NCBI GenBank assembly: GCA_963825055.1
Contig: CAWGSK010000030.1
Span: 64,001-128,000 of the forward strand
Reading direction: 5' to 3'
Source of the DNA: an uncultured Gemmatimonadales bacterium
Lineage (GTDB): Bacteria > Gemmatimonadota > Gemmatimonadetes > Gemmatimonadales > GWC2-71-9
Length of the DNA stretch: 64,000 bases
The notes under the pieces are model-generated. The model did not search any database, was not told the origin of the DNA, and was given only the letters and a program-made list of their open reading frames with translations. Shown piece after piece: positions 60,994-64,000 of this stretch (its first letter is position 1; each line of letters starts with the position of its first letter). The translations under genes and the position numbers were made by a program.

Positions 60994-62135
60994 CCCCGGG
61001 ACGCTGACCCGGCAAGAACGTCGGAGAGTTCCCCCAGCAACGCGTCGACATGCGGGACCTCAAGGTCACCCATGTGTCCGATGCGCAGCAGTTTGGGAGC
61101 CATCTCGTCCAGGCCGGTCCCGAGGGTCCAGCCGCGTTCGCGAAGCGCCTTCGCGATCTCCGTCGCCGGCGCGCCGCCCGTCACCTCCAGGGCCGATACA
61201 GCCCACGAGCGCCGTCCTTCCCGCGCGAAGAAGCGCACCTGCGGCTCCTCCACCTGCCAGCGCTCCACGGCCAGCTGCATCTCGTGGTGCCTTCTCCAGC
61301 GTGCCTCGACACCCCCCTCGGCGGAGATCCGCTCGAGCTGGCGGTGCAGGGCGAAGAACTGCGGCATGGCTGGCGTCTGCGTCGGCTGGTTCCGGCGGGC
61401 CGCGACGTCATGAAGCAGGACATCGAGGTACCAGCCGCGCGCGGCCACCTGGCGCGCGCGTTCGCGCATCCGCTCGCTGGCCACGGCCAGGGCGATCCCT
61501 GGCGGCACCGCCAGCGCCTTCTGGCTTCCGGTGAAGATGAAGTCCAGGCCCCATGCGTCGGTCTCGACTGGTGAGGCACCGAGCGACGTCACCGCGTCGA
61601 CCAGGATGAGGGCATCGGACCGCGCCCGGATGACGCGGGCGAGGTCGTCCAGCGGGGCCAGCGCACCGGTGGAGGTCTCCGAGTGCACGATGGTGACCGC
61701 ATCCACCTCCGGCCCGTCGAGGAACTGCTCGAGCGACTCGGGTTCGATCGTCTCGCCGGGATGCACCGAAACCCGCACGACTTCCTTGCCACAGGCCATC
61801 GCCACTTTGGCGAACCGGTCGCCGAAGTAGCCGCCGTCCACCACCAGCACGCGTTCGCGCACACCGCAGCGCACCGCGGCTTCCATGAACCCGGTCGCCG
61901 AGCTGGTGGCCAGCAGGACCGGCTGTTCCGTCCGGAAGAGCGCCCGGAGGGGCTCCTGCATCCCGCCAAGCATCGCCTCCATGCCGGGGCTCCGGTGGGA
62001 CATCACCGGATGGTCCATCGCCGCCACTACGTCAGGGTGCACCTCCGTCGGGCCAGGGAGAAAGAAGCGCCCGAACGGCTGGCGTTCCCGGGAGGTACTG
62101 GCTGGAGGGCGGGGACCTGCGGTGGGGTGTGGCAT
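60990..62135 (-). CDS. Class V aminotransferase (alanine/serine-glyoxylate type)
   Basis: PGPT, HRS, HSETSTG, DAVTS, GSQKAL..PPG and RIGHMG motifs. Confidence 0.92.
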   Translation of the reverse strand: MPHPTAGPRPPASTSRERQPFGRFFLPGPTEVHPDVVAAMDHPVMSHRSPGMEAMLGGMQEPLRALFRTEQPVLLATSSATGFMEAAVRCGVRERVLVVDGGYFGDRFAKVAMACGKEVVRVSVHPGETIEPESLEQFLDGPEVDAVTIVHSETSTGALAPLDDLARVIRARSDALILVDAVTSLGASPVETDAWGLDFIFTGSQKALAVPPGIALAVASERMRERARQVAARGWYLDVLLHDVAARRNQPTQTPAMPQFFALHRQLERISAEGGVEARWRRHHEMQLAVERWQVEEPQVRFFAREGRRSWAVSALEVTGGAPATEIAKALRERGWTLGTGLDEMAPKLLRIGHMGDLEVPHVDALLGELSDVLAGSASRG

Positions 62136-62806
62136 CAGCCGACCACCTTTTCCTTCAGGTAACCGTCCAGCACGCCGTCCTCGATGATCTCGTCTGCCGT
62201 GACCAGCCGCACGCCCTCTTCCCCCCAGGCCTTGAGCAGGTGCTCGGCCTGGTCGGGCACGATGGCCCGGGCTGCATCCTTCACGAAGTAGAGCCGCGTG
62301 TGCGGGCGGTGCTGGATCAGGCCTTCCACGGCGTACCGGTCGCAAACGTCGAGTGCCACGCCGTAGAGCACGATCGCTTCCGGATTCATGGCATGGACCG
62401 CGGGGAGCACGTTGGGGTTCGAGAAGACATCGAAGCGGTGCTTGTGAAATAGGATGTCGCCGCTGTGCGCCAAAACCTGCCCGGCGATCTCCTGCGGATC
62501 CTGCAGGTCAGGCTCGATGACCAGCGGGTTCTCCAGCCTGGTGGCCTCGATCTTCCGCTGGCCCGGAGTTCCCCGCAGGCAGTGCGGCGGAAACGTCTCC
62601 CGGAAATCCGGCGTGTCGCTCAACTCATCGTGACCGGCCACGTGGTCATCCGCGCTCGCGACAATGCGGATGTTCCGCTCGTGTGCCCACTGCGTCAGCC
62701 GCCGCAGGACCGGGATGAGGGATTCGCTGTCCGGCACATACAGCAGGCCGTCGGGCATCATGAAATCGTACTGGGTGTCCACGTCCCAGAAGATCAGCTG
62801 TCCCAT
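62135..62806 (-). CDS. pncA: Nicotinamidase/isochorismatase-family cysteine hydrolase
   Basis: DVDTQYDF, D.H, FPPHC..GTPG, K and GVALDVC motifs; next to a NAPRT-like gene. Confidence 0.82.
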   Translation of the reverse strand: MGQLIFWDVDTQYDFMMPDGLLYVPDSESLIPVLRRLTQWAHERNIRIVASADDHVAGHDELSDTPDFRETFPPHCLRGTPGQRKIEATRLENPLVIEPDLQDPQEIAGQVLAHSGDILFHKHRFDVFSNPNVLPAVHAMNPEAIVLYGVALDVCDRYAVEGLIQHRPHTRLYFVKDAARAIVPDQAEHLLKAWGEEGVRLVTADEIIEDGVLDGYLKEKVVG

Positions 62807-62825
62807 CAACACCTCCTGTCAGCCA

Positions 62826-63881
62826 TCAGTCCACCCGGGAAAGCCGGGGGTTCGGGCGGAACTCCCGCCCGACCTTGGCACACGGCTCGCCCTCGCGGAG
62901 CACGACGTCGGCGGTGAAATCGAAGCGACCCTGGAAGAGCGACGACCCGACGCCATAGGCATCAACGGGCACGCCCTCGAGTTCGAAGGCACGGATCTTC
63001 TCCGCGTTGAACCCGCCGGACACCACGATACGCACGTGCTGGAAACCCTCGGCGTCCAGGGCGCGGCGCACGTTCCAGACGAGCTGTGGGCAGACTCCCG
63101 TCGGCTTGAAGCGCCCCATCTGCGGCACGACGGAACGATCCACCAGCATCTCGCTGGTGTCGATCCGGACGCCGTAGAGCCGTGAGCCCATGGCGCGCGC
63201 GCAGGCCAGCGAGGTGCCGACGCAGTCGTTCTCGAAGTCCACCAGGGTGACGAGCATGACGTCATCCGGAATGTACTCGGCGAATTTGCGGGTGGCGAGC
63301 ACGGTGTCTCCCCCATACGCGGCGATCAGGGCATGCGGGACGGTTCCCACACCCTCGCTGCCCCACCATGAGGCCTGCGCGTCCGTGGACACCCCGATGG
63401 CGCCGGCAATGTGCGCGGCATAGCCATCGCCCGTCTGGACCATCCAGTGGTCATGCCGGGCAGGAAAGAACATCACCTGCCTTGGCGCGGCGGCATCCAC
63501 CACCCGGCGGGTGTTGGTCCCCACCCTGGTCCGGCGGGCAAGGACACCGAGGTACAGCGTCTCGAGGTGGGCGAAGGCGTCGTACGGGCCCTCGATGAGC
63601 ATGACCGTTTCCCAGGGGGCGATCTCGTCGCCTTCATGCAGGGCATGCACGGCGAGTTCATCCCACCCGATGGAGCACAGCTTGAGGATGGCAACCGCCT
63701 CGTCAATCCCGCCGAGGTATGCGGCAGACTTGCCGAAGACCTGCATGGTCACCCGCGGGCGGGCGCCATCTCCCAGCAGGATTTCCCGGGCCCGCACGAA
63801 ATATTTATCGGAGTAGTAGCCTGCGGTCATCTTCTCGACCGGCAGGTTGAAGATGGCCGGGTCGAGGCGCTTCCGGCCCAT
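62826..63881 (-). CDS. Nicotinate phosphoribosyltransferase-like protein
   Basis: YYSDKYF, ETLYLG, FPARHDH, GTVPHA, VRIDTS, IVVSGGF and YGVGS motifs. Confidence 0.85.
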   Translation of the reverse strand: MGRKRLDPAIFNLPVEKMTAGYYSDKYFVRAREILLGDGARPRVTMQVFGKSAAYLGGIDEAVAILKLCSIGWDELAVHALHEGDEIAPWETVMLIEGPYDAFAHLETLYLGVLARRTRVGTNTRRVVDAAAPRQVMFFPARHDHWMVQTGDGYAAHIAGAIGVSTDAQASWWGSEGVGTVPHALIAAYGGDTVLATRKFAEYIPDDVMLVTLVDFENDCVGTSLACARAMGSRLYGVRIDTSEMLVDRSVVPQMGRFKPTGVCPQLVWNVRRALDAEGFQHVRIVVSGGFNAEKIRAFELEGVPVDAYGVGSSLFQGRFDFTADVVLREGEPCAKVGREFRPNPRLSRVD

Positions 63882-64000
63882 CAGCTCCCTCCCGTGAGGG
63901 GGCGAGATACCATGGAATCTCCGGGTTTCTCCGGCCGGTGGTGCCCGCGGTGCCATGGCGGCCGGGTCCGGAAGTTACGGGCGAGCGGGGAGCGGGACAA

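Overview
High-GC (roughly 70% by eye), gene-dense bacterial chromosome segment. Gene content and style suggest Gemmatimonadota, but this is an inference. It holds about 66 mostly housekeeping CDSs: a truncated WtpA/ModA-type binding protein at the left edge, an acyl-ACP desaturase, metH plus a bifunctional homocysteine-methyltransferase/MTHFR, dacB, three ECF sigma/anti-sigma modules, peptidases, polX-nth, fadL plus an SGNH lipoprotein, cardiolipin synthase, a TolC/MacAB-type exporter, a Mo-enzyme/cytochrome b pair, fabH, leuS, an MCP and NAD-salvage genes. No rRNA, tRNA, CRISPR array, integrase or transposase was found. The most notable observations are: (1) a GxxExxY PD-(D/E)XK nuclease gene in inverted orientation, followed by a long hairpin built of CACGGAG-like units, with a related nuclease-free hairpin 11 kb away; (2) further 7- and 9-mer tandem-repeat elements at gene 3' ends; (3) a SAM-II riboswitch with a readable expression platform upstream of metH; (4) a PolX lacking all three polymerase aspartates next to an Nth with a Cys-to-His change in its Fe-S motif; (5) apparently leaderless, possibly autoregulated promoters on all three ECF genes.
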